NCBI RefSeq assembly: GCF_000014265.1
Contig: NC_008312.1
Location: forward strand, 690,001-722,000
Direction of reading: 5' to 3'
Length of the DNA stretch: 32,000 nucleotides
Source of the DNA: Trichodesmium erythraeum IMS101
Lineage (GTDB): Bacteria > Cyanobacteriota > Cyanobacteriia > Cyanobacteriales > Microcoleaceae
This document shows, one piece after another, positions 10,754-20,833 of this stretch. The first letter of the stretch is position 1; each line of letters opens with the position of its first letter. Under the pieces are notes generated by a model, which was not told where the DNA came from, searched no databases, and saw only the letters and a list, made by a program, of their open reading frames with translations. The position numbers and the translations under genes were made by a program.

Positions 10754-10842
10754 ATTTTTGATCAGTATAATTAGACTTCTCAGAGAAGACTAATAACTGA
10801 AATGACCCTCAGAGTTAAGCTGTATATATTCATTAAGACTAG

Positions 10843-12060
10843 ATGATGACTGATAAATTTACATGGCTGCATCGTGGTATTAGCGAAATATTCCCAGATC
10901 AACCATATTCTCAAGACCCTAATGAAAACTTAATCCTGAAATTAACCACATTAGACCGTCCTTTGCGGGTTAAGTTAGGAATTGACCCGACAGGAGTTGA
11001 TGTCCATTTAGGCCATAGTATTCCGGTGAGAAAACTCCGGGCATTTCAAGATGCTGGACATACAGCAGTATTAATAATAGGAGATTTTACCGCAAGAGTT
11101 GGTGATCCGACTGGAAAATCTGAAGCCCGACGCCAGTTGACTCCAGAGCAGGTACAGGAAAATGCCAAAACTTACTTAGATCAAGTCCGACCAATATTGG
11201 ATTTTGATACCCCAGGACGGCTAGAAATTCGCTACAACTCAGAATGGCTATCTAAACTAGATTTGGCAGATATTCTTGAGCTTCTGGCGACTATGACTGT
11301 GGGGCAGATGTTGGCGAAGGAAGGTTTTGCCCTTCGTTATCAACAGGAAAATCCTATATATATCCATGAGTTTCTTTATCCTCTGATGCAAGGTTATGAT
11401 TCTGTAGCTGTGGATGCTGATGTGGAATTGGGTGGTACTGACCAAAAGTTTAATATTGCGGTGGGGCGAGATTTACAACGTCATTTTGGTAAGAGGACTC
11501 AGTTTGGTTTGTTAATGCCAATTTTGTTGGGGACTGATGGAGTCCAGAAAATGTCTAAGTCTCTGGGAAATTATGTGGGTTTGTCGGAGGACCCTTTGAG
11601 TATGTATTCTAAGTTGGAGAAAATTCCTGATGACCAGGTAGAAAACTATTTTGAATTATTGACAAATTTAAATATTAATGATATAGATAAAAATCCTCGT
11701 GAAAGACAAAAATTGTTGGCTTTGGATATCGTGTCTCAGTATCACAGTCAGGAAGCTGCTTTGGAAGCTCAACAAACTGCAGTGAAAATGGTAATTAAGG
11801 GGGATATGAGTCAAACTGAGGCAGTACCAGAATTTTCTTTGGCTTCTGTGGAGTTTCCAGCGAAGTTGTTTTATGTTGTTAGCGCTAGTGGTTTGTGTAA
11901 GAGTAGCTCTGAAGCTAGGAAAAAAATTGCTGGGGGTGCTGTACGTTTGGATGATGAGCGTATTTCAGATCAGAATTTTACTTTAGATTCCCCAGCAGAC
12001 CTTGATGGTAAGGTTTTACGGGTTGGTAAAAAGAATTTTGTTCGCCTGGTAAAAAATTAA
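10843..12060 (+). CDS. tyrS: Tyrosine--tRNA ligase
   Basis: It has the HIGH-type motif (VHLGH), KMSKS, and a C-terminal S4-like domain ([25 protein letters not shown]). It is divergent from the PBP gene across an 89-bp spacer. Confidence 0.9.
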   Translation: MMTDKFTWLHRGISEIFPDQPYSQDPNENLILKLTTLDRPLRVKLGIDPTGVDVHLGHSIPVRKLRAFQDAGHTAVLIIGDFTARVGDPTGKSEARRQLTPEQVQENAKTYLDQVRPILDFDTPGRLEIRYNSEWLSKLDLADILELLATMTVGQMLAKEGFALRYQQENPIYIHEFLYPLMQGYDSVAVDADVELGGTDQKFNIAVGRDLQRHFGKRTQFGLLMPILLGTDGVQKMSKSLGNYVGLSEDPLSMYSKLEKIPDDQVENYFELLTNLNINDIDKNPRERQKLLALDIVSQYHSQEAALEAQQTAVKMVIKGDMSQTEAVPEFSLASVEFPAKLFYVVSASGLCKSSSEARKKIAGGAVRLDDERISDQNFTLDSPADLDGKVLRVGKKNFVRLVKN

Positions 12061-12096
12061 CTAATACTTTTGCTTAAGCTCAAACTCAAAGAAAAA

Positions 12097-12168
12097 CTTC
12101 TTAGTTTTATAGCTTGACTGCTCAGAAATAGAAATGTGAGAATTTTTCAGACTTTGGTCTAGACTTTA
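12097..12168. repeat. Copy 1 of a ~70-bp direct repeat in the tyrS-pyrF spacer
   Basis: CTTAGTTTTATAGCTTGACTGCTCAGAAATAGAAATGTGAGAATTTTTCAGACTTTGGTCTAGACTTTA. It is about 93% identical to the copy 249 bp downstream. Confidence 0.85.
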
Positions 12169-12346
12169 TAGCACTTTCCTTTAACAGAATTTTCACAATT
12201 TACTTTGTACCTAATATTCCCGAAATATGCTGTAAGTTACAAAAAATTCAAGGAGGGAAAATTTCGGAGGAGAAGGGAAGTAAAAGTACCTAAAATTTCT
12301 CACTCTTTGGGAAAGTCTTGAGACGGAAATTATTCAAAAGTACAAC

Positions 12347-12417
12347 GTCTTAGTTTTATAGTTTGACTGCTCAAAAATAGAAATGTGAGAATTTTTCAGG
12401 CTTCAGTCTAGACTTTA
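12347..12417. repeat. Copy 2 of the ~70-bp direct repeat in the tyrS-pyrF spacer
   Basis: It has 5 mismatches in about 69 aligned nt against copy 1. A second short shared block (AAAATTCAAG(G/A)AGGGAAA(A/T)(T/A)TTC) follows each copy, at 12243-12265 and 12424-12446. Confidence 0.85.
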
Positions 12418-12528
12418 AGTCAACAAAATTCAAGAAGGGAAATATTCTGATTGAATTTCTCTGGTCTAAAACTATAGATAGATATTTGGGAAAATTTTGG
12501 TAAATAAAATACCTACTTAGATTGATAA

Positions 12529-12650
12529 GACTTACGCAGTCAAACTATATATAATATATTTTTGGTAATTGTTTCAAATGTTTATACTACGATTAGTACC
12601 TTTGCATAATTGCTGATTAAGTTTGAAAGTCTTTGGTCTCTACAGCAGTT
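12529..12650 (+). repeat. Dispersed repeat, copy X (GACTTACGCAG...), homologous to 27733-27898
   Basis: An ungapped hand alignment of 12529-12621 with 27733-27825 gives 71/93 identities. A shared GGTCTC(T/C)ACAG block follows after an indel of about 45 nt. Confidence 0.75.
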
Positions 12651-12712
12651 TTTGTCGGAGGCTCAGATTAAGCTAGAAATTTTATGGTCTCCTATATCGT
12701 TTCCTGAAATTG

Positions 12713-13441
12713 ATGAATATTGATAATATTATAGTCCCTTTGGATGTTCCGAATGAGGCAGCAGCGATCGCTCTGATAGAAGAACTACCTGAAATAATCT
12801 GGTGGAAGGTTGGTCTAGAATTGTTTGTTAGTTGTGGCCCTCAGATTTTCTCAATTCTTAAACAACGCCAGAAAAGGATTTTTCTAGATTTAAAGTTCCA
12901 TGATATCCCTAATACTGTTGCTGGAGTTTGTCGATCTGCTGCTAGTTATGGGGTTGATTTGTTGACTATTCATGCTACTGCTGGTAGAGTAGCTCTGAGT
13001 AGGGCACAGCAAGCTGTTCTGGAAGGGGCAAAAATTATAGGGCAAAAGCCACCAAGGTTAATAGCTATTACTATTTTGACAAGTTTGACTTCTCGTGATT
13101 TAGCTTTTGACCTCAAAATTCCTTTGGAGTTACCAGAATATGTTTTACAGATGGCATTGTTGGCTCAGGAATCTGGTTTAAGTGGGGCAGTTTGTTCTCC
13201 CCAAGAGGTAGAACAGTTGAGGCGGGTTTGTGGAGATGATTTTTTGTTAGTTTGTCCAGGAGTGAGGCCAAGTTGGGCTGAAGTAGGAGACCAGAAGCGA
13301 TCGCTAACTCCTGCTCAGGCCATTAAGGCTGGTGCTAATTATCTGGTTATAGGCCGACCTATTACTGCTACTGCTGACCCAAGAGAAGCTTTGAGGCGCA
13401 TTTGTCAGGAAATTTCAGGTGATCAGAAAGAGGGGAGTTAG
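12713..13441 (+). CDS. pyrF: Orotidine 5'-phosphate decarboxylase
   Basis: Motifs: [11 protein letters not shown] (the DxKxxDIxxT active-site motif), IAITILTS, and VIGRPIT at the C-terminus. The track ORF starts at TTG 12710, but ATG 12713 is the likelier start. Confidence 0.9.
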
Positions 13442-14117
13442 AAGTTTAGTCCTCAGTTATTAGTGCCTTTGGCTAAAGTATTGGGATTGAAATTAGTATT
13501 ACATTCAATAAAGATAGATTATCTCACCTGGTAAAAAAACCTTGTAATGACATTCCATGAATTTTTTCTACTGTGGTATACCCATCAAAAAAAATCACTG
13601 TATATTAACAGTTGAAAAGTTTTCTTTGTGAATTCTTTGGAGTAATTTTTTTTAAATATGATATTAGTAGAAAATGGAAAATACTGGGAATAACTATTGC
13701 AAGCTAAGGCTTTTAGCTATATCAAGGTTATAAAATTTATATTCTCAACTAGTCAGATAAGCTAATGCTTTTGTATAAAAACTTTGATGAGCTGCAATGA
13801 TATTATAATTACGTTTTTATTTTTTTCTAAAATGTTTTGATTTTTTGGGAAGAGGGGTTTAGAAATAATAGGCAATTAGCAAGATTTTCAAAGTTAGTTT
13901 ATATGTTTTTAAATTTGATAACTATTTCATAAGAATTTGAGAACTAATTAGGTGATTTATTAAGTACATTAGCATTAGCTTTTTTTATATTTTTTGAAGT
14001 ATTAAATTAAGTTTTATTCTCTTTATTTTTCAATCTACTATAATTGCTTGAGCAAACTTTTATGGAATAGACTATATAATTTTGAAAGACTGTTCAAAAT
14101 AAAAATAATAGAACCGA

Positions 14118-14737
14118 ATGTTATTTTATTTAAAAATATTTATTTTCTTAGTCACAATTAGTAGTACAGTTAGTTTAGATTTATTTTCACCTAACTCTAT
14201 ATTGGTTACTATCAACAATAAAATAATTGTAAGAAGTAGAAAACCTAGACGACCTAGAAGAAAAATAAGAGAACAAATACAACCTGCTGAAATGGAAAAA
14301 AAAAATCTGTTTGCCCTGAAAATTCTGATAATTTAGAAATTTTAGTAGCAGCTTTAATTTTAGATTTACCTAGTTATGTTAATCGAGAAATTCAACGCGA
14401 TCGCCAACCAAATCAGAATTATATAAAAAGGAATATAGTTATTGCAGGTCGTCCTGAGTTTGAGAATTTACCCAGATCTTATACGCCTTCTATACAGGAA
14501 GATATTAAGCAAATATTTTTAACAACTCTAGAAAGACAATATCAAGGTACTCAGGTAGTTGAATTACAAAGATTTCATTGGTTATTTATGAAGCAAAATG
14601 AGACACAATGGAAACTAATTAATATGTTTTCTATAGAAGAAAGTTTATCAGAAAATATTCTACTCCAACCAGAAGATACAAGTGATGGAGTATTTGCTAA
14701 AGGTATTAGAGCTTGGTTAACAAAATGTTATTTTTAG
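14118..14737 (+). pseudogene. Conserved-hypothetical gene split by a frameshift in an A10 homopolymer (14296-14305)
   Basis: Track ORF 14118-14336 has a signal/TM-like N-terminus and ends ...PAEMEKKNLFALKILII*. A second frame is open from 14291 to the stop at 14735-14737. It gives 143 codons (SVCPENSDNLEILVAALILDLPSYVNREIQRDRQ...LERQYQGTQVVELQRFHWLF...GIRAWLTKCYF) with no usable start codon near its 5' end. The two frames overlap exactly at the A-run, and A11 or A8 would fuse them. Confidence 0.7.
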
Positions 14738-14950
14738 GAATAAAATAAGAGTTAGCATATAGATAGGGTGGCTTAATTCATAAACTCAAATATACACCGT
14801 AAGTTTTAAGGTTTTACTTCAGGAACTCAACTTTGATGCAAAGTAGTAATTTTTCTAAGATATCTCTTGGTTTTTCAAACTCACTAATACAAGTTTTTAT
14901 TCCTATTTATAATCATGGTAGACTAACCACAGGTTCTTGGTTAGTTTTGT

Positions 14951-14976
14951 TTTATTTATTTATTTATTTATTTATT
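14951..14976. repeat. (TTTA)6 microsatellite
   Basis: Read directly: TTTATTTATTTATTTATTTATTTATT. Confidence 0.9.
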
Positions 14977-15272
14977 GTTGTTGACTTTTAGTATTAAAAT
15001 ATTTGATTATTATGCTTTGGTATATAAACCATCGGAGCGAATATTATATAAACAAGACATTAATTATAAAACTCTTGTATTGCGTTTATTTAGCTCCCTA
15101 AATTTATACATCTTCAGCAGAGTGTAATTCGACCTGTATAAAAATTTAAAGTGAACTTTTTTTTACTTATAAATATTATAACTGATAATCAGTAAATTTT
15201 CAATATTTGTTGAGATAGATCTAATTTTGTCTAATTATTTGACTTCTTATTTTACTTCTGTAATTAGCTCTA

Positions 15273-16340
15273 TTACTTACTTCCTAAATGACTGAATTTT
15301 TGTATATTGCCTCCCACTTTATTTATCTGATCAATCATTTGATATAGTCTGCCTATGTCCTTGTGGTTAAAATGCATAACTAAACGTGGTAAGTGAAAGG
15401 TTTTATCTGCGGACTCTTCTGGTAATACTTGACTTTTCTCTATATTTCCTACAGTTAAAATATCCCTAAATTCTTGATTCAAAAAGTCTACATCTTTGTC
15501 TGAAATTTCTGATTTAAGACGAATTACAAACTTTTCTCCTACATAACGACTAGAATGATAAACTCTATAAAAATTGGCGATCGCTTCATAAGCTGATTCT
15601 AAGTTATCTGTAATAGTGTAAAAATTATAATCATTTGGACTTATCAAACCTCGTAGGAGTAATTGTTTATTTATAAAATCATTCCAGTCATACCAATAGT
15701 TTCCACCAGGATAATCTATTAATATTACAGGAGCGGGGCCAAATTTACCTGTTTGTACTAGTGTTAAAGTTTCAAATGCCTCATCTAGGGTACCAAAACC
15801 ACCTGGAAATAAAGCTATAGCATCAGTTTCTTTCAGGAAAAATAATTTACGAGTAAAAAAGTATTTAAAGTTAATTAATTTATTGTTACCTCTTATAAAT
15901 GGATTAGACTCTTGCTCAAAAGGTAACTGAATATTGAGACCGAAAGATTTGTTGCTTCCTGCTCCCTCATTACCAGCTTGCATTATCCCAGGACCTGCAC
16001 CGGTCATTACCATAAAACCTTGTTTAGTCATATGATGAGCAAATTCTACTGCCATTTTATACTCTGGGGTATCTGAGGATACTCGTGCAGAACCAAATAT
16101 AGTAATTTTAGGTATATGGCGATAGGGATAAAATGTTTTAAATCCATTTTCCATGTCTTGTAAGGAGGCCGCTAATATCTTCCAGTCCAGGTACTCAAGT
16201 TCTTCTCCTGCGATATTAACTATAGTGGAAAGCGATCGCCTTATCCATTTTTGCTGTTTCAAGTTGGGCAAATTTTTGAGTAATTTGCTTACTTCTTGCT
16301 CAATGAACTCAATTGTAGATTTGTCAAGATTTGAGGCCAT
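15273..16340 (-). CDS. LOG-family (TIGR00730-type) Rossmann-fold nucleotide-binding protein, long form (355 aa)
   Basis: It carries the PGGFGTLDE signature (PGGxGTxxE) and the upstream GAGPGIMQAGNEGA glycine-rich motif of LOG/PpnN-like nucleotide 5'-monophosphate nucleosidases. It has N- and C-terminal extensions. Confidence 0.75.
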   Translation of the reverse strand: MASNLDKSTIEFIEQEVSKLLKNLPNLKQQKWIRRSLSTIVNIAGEELEYLDWKILAASLQDMENGFKTFYPYRHIPKITIFGSARVSSDTPEYKMAVEFAHHMTKQGFMVMTGAGPGIMQAGNEGAGSNKSFGLNIQLPFEQESNPFIRGNNKLINFKYFFTRKLFFLKETDAIALFPGGFGTLDEAFETLTLVQTGKFGPAPVILIDYPGGNYWYDWNDFINKQLLLRGLISPNDYNFYTITDNLESAYEAIANFYRVYHSSRYVGEKFVIRLKSEISDKDVDFLNQEFRDILTVGNIEKSQVLPEESADKTFHLPRLVMHFNHKDIGRLYQMIDQINKVGGNIQKFSHLGSK

Positions 16341-17266
16341 AGATTGTTTCTATATCCTAGACAACTTTATTTATTTATACCAGAACAAAGAGAGCACAAA
16401 AAAGAAAATTAATTATTAATATCCTGTTGCAACTCTTGTACATAAATAATTTGTTGAAAAAACTGTAGGGTCAATTAATGACAAATAGAGAGCGATATCT
16501 CTGTTGAGTTATCAATTCTCAGCTCAAGTCAAAACTATTAGTTATAAATGATTTCAATTTTATTAATGTCTTAATACCTTTTTCTAGTATTATATATATA
16601 ATCAAAAAAAATATATATAAGTTCGTGTATTGGCTGATAACTTTTCTGACACAATTCTTTTTACTCCGAAGGCTCTTTTAATTTATTTTATCTCTTTTTT
16701 ATAAACTATAAAATAATCTAGTTCAAGCTCGAATATTCATTGTTTTTCTTTTCTGAAAAGATGTTATTATTAATATTGTAACTATTACAATTTATTTATA
16801 AATATTATATTATATATTTATCTTAAGGATTGTAATTTTCAACAGTATATTAGGTTATATTTATTTCCACTAATTTACTATACTAAATTTATGAAAAATT
16901 GATGAAATTAATTCAATGTATTCTGGGTTAAAATATATTAAAAAGAAATATGGAGATAATATTTATTGTTCCAAAATATTTATTTTAATAAAACTTTATA
17001 GCTAAATATTAATATGTAAATTTCTGATTTTTTTCAATAAAATCTCAATTATTTAATAATAACATTTTATATTTTATTTAGTTGAAAAACTAGTAAAAAA
17101 AAAAGAGGGTTTTTTAGTGGCATTCACATTATAATAAACATATTTTTACTTGAGAAAAGCTACAGGATTAAATGTTTTTATTGATTCGAGGCTAAAGTAA
17201 TCAAATATCATCCATAATCACTCTGTTATCATAATTATTTAAACTCTTTTTTTCTATTGTCACTGA

Positions 17267-17297
17267 GCTCGAAATACTACTCCCTCATCCCTAAATT
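17267..17297. repeat. Distal copy of a 31-nt direct repeat (GCTCGAAATACTACTCCCTCATCCCTAAATT)
   Basis: It is identical, except for one extra C, to 17440-17471, which overlaps the S8 gene stop codon. Confidence 0.85.
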
Positions 17298-17439
17298 AAA
17301 CAAATTTTTGACCTCACTCTTGATAAGATAATAACTAGATTTAATCTTAGACAAATTTTAAAGCTTTCCTATTGCTAGAGAACCTCTTTAATTAGAGGAA
17401 ATTTTAGAAATGTTTAAATTAGATAGTTATTTTGATGAA

Positions 17440-17471
17440 GCTCCGAAATACTACTCCCTCATCCCTAAATT
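17440..17471. repeat. Proximal copy of the 31-nt direct repeat, overlapping the stop codon of the S8 protease gene
   Basis: GCTCCGAAATACTACTCCCTCATCCCTAAATT. The TAG stop (17467-17465, minus strand) lies inside the repeat. Confidence 0.85.
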
Positions 17472-19603
17472 TTATCGGGAATTTTGTCGGGAATTTCTAT
17501 TTCAACTTCATTCTTAACAGGATTATAAATTGAGATATTAGTTTCTAGAGCTTCAAAACTCACAACAAGAGAATATGGAACATCAGCATGTGGATCGTTA
17601 TTCCATCCTTCATGTCCGACTACTGCAATACAAAAAGCTTCTCTAAGGTTATATGAATTAACAGTTGCCCAATCTTTTTGAAGAGTTCCTGCAGTTCTAG
17701 AAACACCCTTAACTTGACCATAATTTCCCTGTTTACCGAGAGTCCATTTAAATGGATCTTCTCCCTTGTCTGAATCTTCTGGAGCATTATCATCCTTTAA
17801 AATTCTTGCTAAAAATCTATCAGGATCTTCTCCTTTTTTGCTACACTCCCAATCAAGCCATGTTGAAAGATATCTTCTTCTATTTCGTCTAGTGCGACGG
17901 GGTTGAGCTTTGTAGGAAAGTGTAATTTCTACTAGAATTTCTAACTCTTCCCCCTGAGAAAGTAATTTTTCTGGTAATTTCACTTGATAAACATGAGCTT
18001 GTTTAGCTTTAATTCTTTGTTCTCCTCTTGTAATTAAAGTGATACGGTTGGCAGAATTTCCTAAAGCACGGTCAATATTAGGAATTCCATAACCAATTTG
18101 ACGTATAATATTTAACTTGTCGATATTTTCATCTCTTGTCCATTCAGGCCATCTAGCTGACTGCACAATTAAAGCACGATATAAAAGACAATTCTCATTG
18201 GGTAATTCAGCAGCTAGACAAGCTGCAATATGGCTAACTTTTGGTGCCGCAAAAGAGGTTCCTACTTGGTTAGAAGATATAGCAGGGCCACCGCTCGGGG
18301 TTGAACGTACCAACTCAGGACAAATTACAGATTCAAAATAAGTAATCTTTGGGGGTGTACTTTCATCCTTGACTAGATCGCCACCATACTCAACTACTTC
18401 TGGTTTAATTGTCTGCCAAATTCCCCATCCTGAACAGGAAAAAGCTGAGGGCATATCTGTTTTTGATATTGAACTATAAGGTGGAGAGTTGTAGTAAATG
18501 GAAGCAACTGAACCAACAGTTAGCGCTTGGAAGCTTTGAGCAGGGTTAGCAATTCTGCAAGAGTCTTCTAAAAGATAATCAGGATAGGGGCGGTTTGCTT
18601 TGAAGTGATCTGTAACTGACAATCTTGTAATACCTATCTTGCTATCTGAAGGTTTATCTAAAGGTAAATTACCAGCAGAAACAATAAATAGAATATCATT
18701 AAGCCAAGTAAGTTGGTCGATAGCAGCTGCCCAAGCACTCATGTAGACTTGGCGACTAGGAACTGCTCCAGTAATTGAATGATTAAATATTCGTGTTTCT
18801 GTTTTCTTGTATAACTCAACTATTTCACTCAGTAAACTAGGTGGAAATAACTTTTCTGGAAGCTTACAATATTGATTTAAAACTCTAGCATTTTGAATCC
18901 AGCAAATAGCTTTTTGAGTACCATTCCGAGGTATATTTCTGGGATAGAGAATAGCACCCGCTACTCTTGTTCCATGTCCGCCATTTTTAACGTAGTCAGA
19001 AGTTTGATCAGTTTCCCCAGGAACCCAGCCAGAGGAGTTTTGTTGATCAATAGCTGATTTTAACAAAGGATGTCTTTCTTCAATACCACTGTCTATTACG
19101 CAGACTTTTGGCGCATTTAATTCAGGTGCTTCTAAAACAAAAGAAGGCTTATCCGTTTCAGATGAGCCTGAGTTTTGAATTAATTCACTAAATTCATCAG
19201 GTTCACTAACATCAAATATATAAGGAAAGTTCAAAACTAGATCCTTTAAACCTTTACCTGAAATCTTCATTCGACATGAAAAGCTATCTGGTAACGATGC
19301 TCCTGCTACAATTTTCCCGTCTATGAAACTTTGAATGTCTGCGTTGTAAAAACTCACAAACTTTTCCAGTTCATCTTGACGTTTTAGTTGTAGTTCATCC
19401 CAAGATTCATAAGTCATATCACGCTTGTCCATCCAAGTCTTGACTCTTTTTTTATATTTATCTTTACTTTCATCATATTTTCGATTCGGATGCTTGGGCA
19501 ACATTGATTTCGTTCCCAGACAAGCAATTCCTACATCAACTGTATAAATTTGGTCGCCCTTTACTCTATCCCAGTGAGAACAAAGTTCAGGAGAAAGAAT
19601 CAA
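17465..19603 (-). CDS. Large intracellular S8 (subtilisin-like) serine peptidase, IetS-like; the reading frame is open for 58 more codons upstream (to 19777)
   Basis: Catalytic set: VCVIDSGI (Asp), GGHGTRVAGAI (His), IVSAGN (oxyanion Asn), GTSFAAPKVSHIAA (Ser). No N-terminal signal peptide is evident. About 170 aa on the N-terminal side and about 230 aa on the C-terminal side carry no motif I recognise. The track start is a TTG. Upstream codons stay open up to a TAG at 19780-19778, which lies 5 codons after ATG 19795. Confidence 0.85.
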   Translation of the reverse strand: MILSPELCSHWDRVKGDQIYTVDVGIACLGTKSMLPKHPNRKYDESKDKYKKRVKTWMDKRDMTYESWDELQLKRQDELEKFVSFYNADIQSFIDGKIVAGASLPDSFSCRMKISGKGLKDLVLNFPYIFDVSEPDEFSELIQNSGSSETDKPSFVLEAPELNAPKVCVIDSGIEERHPLLKSAIDQQNSSGWVPGETDQTSDYVKNGGHGTRVAGAILYPRNIPRNGTQKAICWIQNARVLNQYCKLPEKLFPPSLLSEIVELYKKTETRIFNHSITGAVPSRQVYMSAWAAAIDQLTWLNDILFIVSAGNLPLDKPSDSKIGITRLSVTDHFKANRPYPDYLLEDSCRIANPAQSFQALTVGSVASIYYNSPPYSSISKTDMPSAFSCSGWGIWQTIKPEVVEYGGDLVKDESTPPKITYFESVICPELVRSTPSGGPAISSNQVGTSFAAPKVSHIAACLAAELPNENCLLYRALIVQSARWPEWTRDENIDKLNIIRQIGYGIPNIDRALGNSANRITLITRGEQRIKAKQAHVYQVKLPEKLLSQGEELEILVEITLSYKAQPRRTRRNRRRYLSTWLDWECSKKGEDPDRFLARILKDDNAPEDSDKGEDPFKWTLGKQGNYGQVKGVSRTAGTLQKDWATVNSYNLREAFCIAVVGHEGWNNDPHADVPYSLVVSFEALETNISIYNPVKNEVEIEIPDKIPDKI

Positions 19604-19825
19604 CTCTGGTTTCTTAGTACCATCAATTATTTCCCATATTCCAGCAACTGCACCACTTTTATTTTCTTCTGCAATAAATTTCTCTATTTTTGTCTGTAAT
19701 TCACTAAGCTCTAAATCTACTGAAGCACCAATGATATATCCTTCTTCTAATTCGGCAATTAACTCTATTCCATAACCCTATTGTCTTTCTACCATTTGAA
19801 CTTTATTTGACCCTATTTTTAAACT

Positions 19826-20833
19826 TTAACTCCAATAAGCTTTTATTTCTGCAACAACTTCCTCCAAATGTTCGTGAATCACCAACTCTTCCCTTTCCAG
19901 GATAGCTCTTTTAGCTGCATTTTGACCTACTTTAACAGCTTGAGCAGCAGAAAAATTACTCATTTGTTTAACAATTAAATCCCATTTAATAGAACCAACT
20001 GCCACAACAGATAAAGTTTGTTTTAATATTCTCTGAAGCTCATTTTCCCCTGGTTTTGGAACTAAAATTAAATCGTCAAATCTTCTCCAAAGAGCAGTAT
20101 CTAAAGACTTATTTAGATTTGTTGCTGCTACTACAAGACCAGAATTTGAGCTATACTCATCAAGAACTTGTAGAAATGTATTCACCACCCGCTTAATCTC
20201 TCCTACTTCCTGACTATCTTCCCGCGATCTAGCAATAGAGTCACATTCGTCTAAAAATAGCAAACACGGACTTTCATTCGCCATATCAAAAACCGATCTT
20301 AAATTGCTGGCCGTCTCACCTAAGTAAGACGAGATCATTGCATCAAAGCGAACTTTTACCAAAGGTAAACCTGTATTCCACGCTAAACGTTCAGCACCTA
20401 AAGTTTTACCACAACCTGGTGGCCCATACAACAGAATTTTTTGTCTATAGGGCAAACCATAATGGGCCAGTCTATCTCTGGCAACATACTCACGTTCAAT
20501 TCGCCGGAAACGTTTTTCTACAGTTTCCGGTAAAATCATATAATGCTGCAACTTATCCCTAGATATATAAGAGACCAAGGGATTTTCAAACCTCTTACTT
20601 TTGGGAAGTTCACTTAGAGGTCGTAACTCATTCGAGTTCTGTGATAACGTAGTTCCTGGCTTGGAGGTACTAGACTTCTTTCTATTTTTAGTAATATTCT
20701 CTAACTGTTCAGCAATTCGGGTATGTCCTTTTTTGCGTTCCTCTTCTATTGCCAGAAACATCAATTTCTCAACCGCTTCGTTATCTGAACTAGCGATCGC
20801 TCTAAACAGTCTTTTGAGAAGCTCTGCTTTCAT
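19826..20833 (-). CDS. Classical AAA+ ATPase, IetA-like (335 aa from ATG 20833; the track ORF starts at TTG 20845)
   Basis: Motifs: Walker A GPPGCGKT, Walker B LLFLDECD, sensor-1 VVAATN, and the second-region-of-homology/Arg-finger stretch LDTALWRRFD. It has an N-terminal domain of about 110 aa that is helical plus low-complexity. GAGGGG lies 4 nt upstream of ATG 20833. One HIP1 site lies inside the gene (about 20789). Confidence 0.85.
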   Translation of the reverse strand: MKAELLKRLFRAIASSDNEAVEKLMFLAIEEERKKGHTRIAEQLENITKNRKKSSTSKPGTTLSQNSNELRPLSELPKSKRFENPLVSYISRDKLQHYMILPETVEKRFRRIEREYVARDRLAHYGLPYRQKILLYGPPGCGKTLGAERLAWNTGLPLVKVRFDAMISSYLGETASNLRSVFDMANESPCLLFLDECDSIARSREDSQEVGEIKRVVNTFLQVLDEYSSNSGLVVAATNLNKSLDTALWRRFDDLILVPKPGENELQRILKQTLSVVAVGSIKWDLIVKQMSNFSAAQAVKVGQNAAKRAILEREELVIHEHLEEVVAEIKAYWS

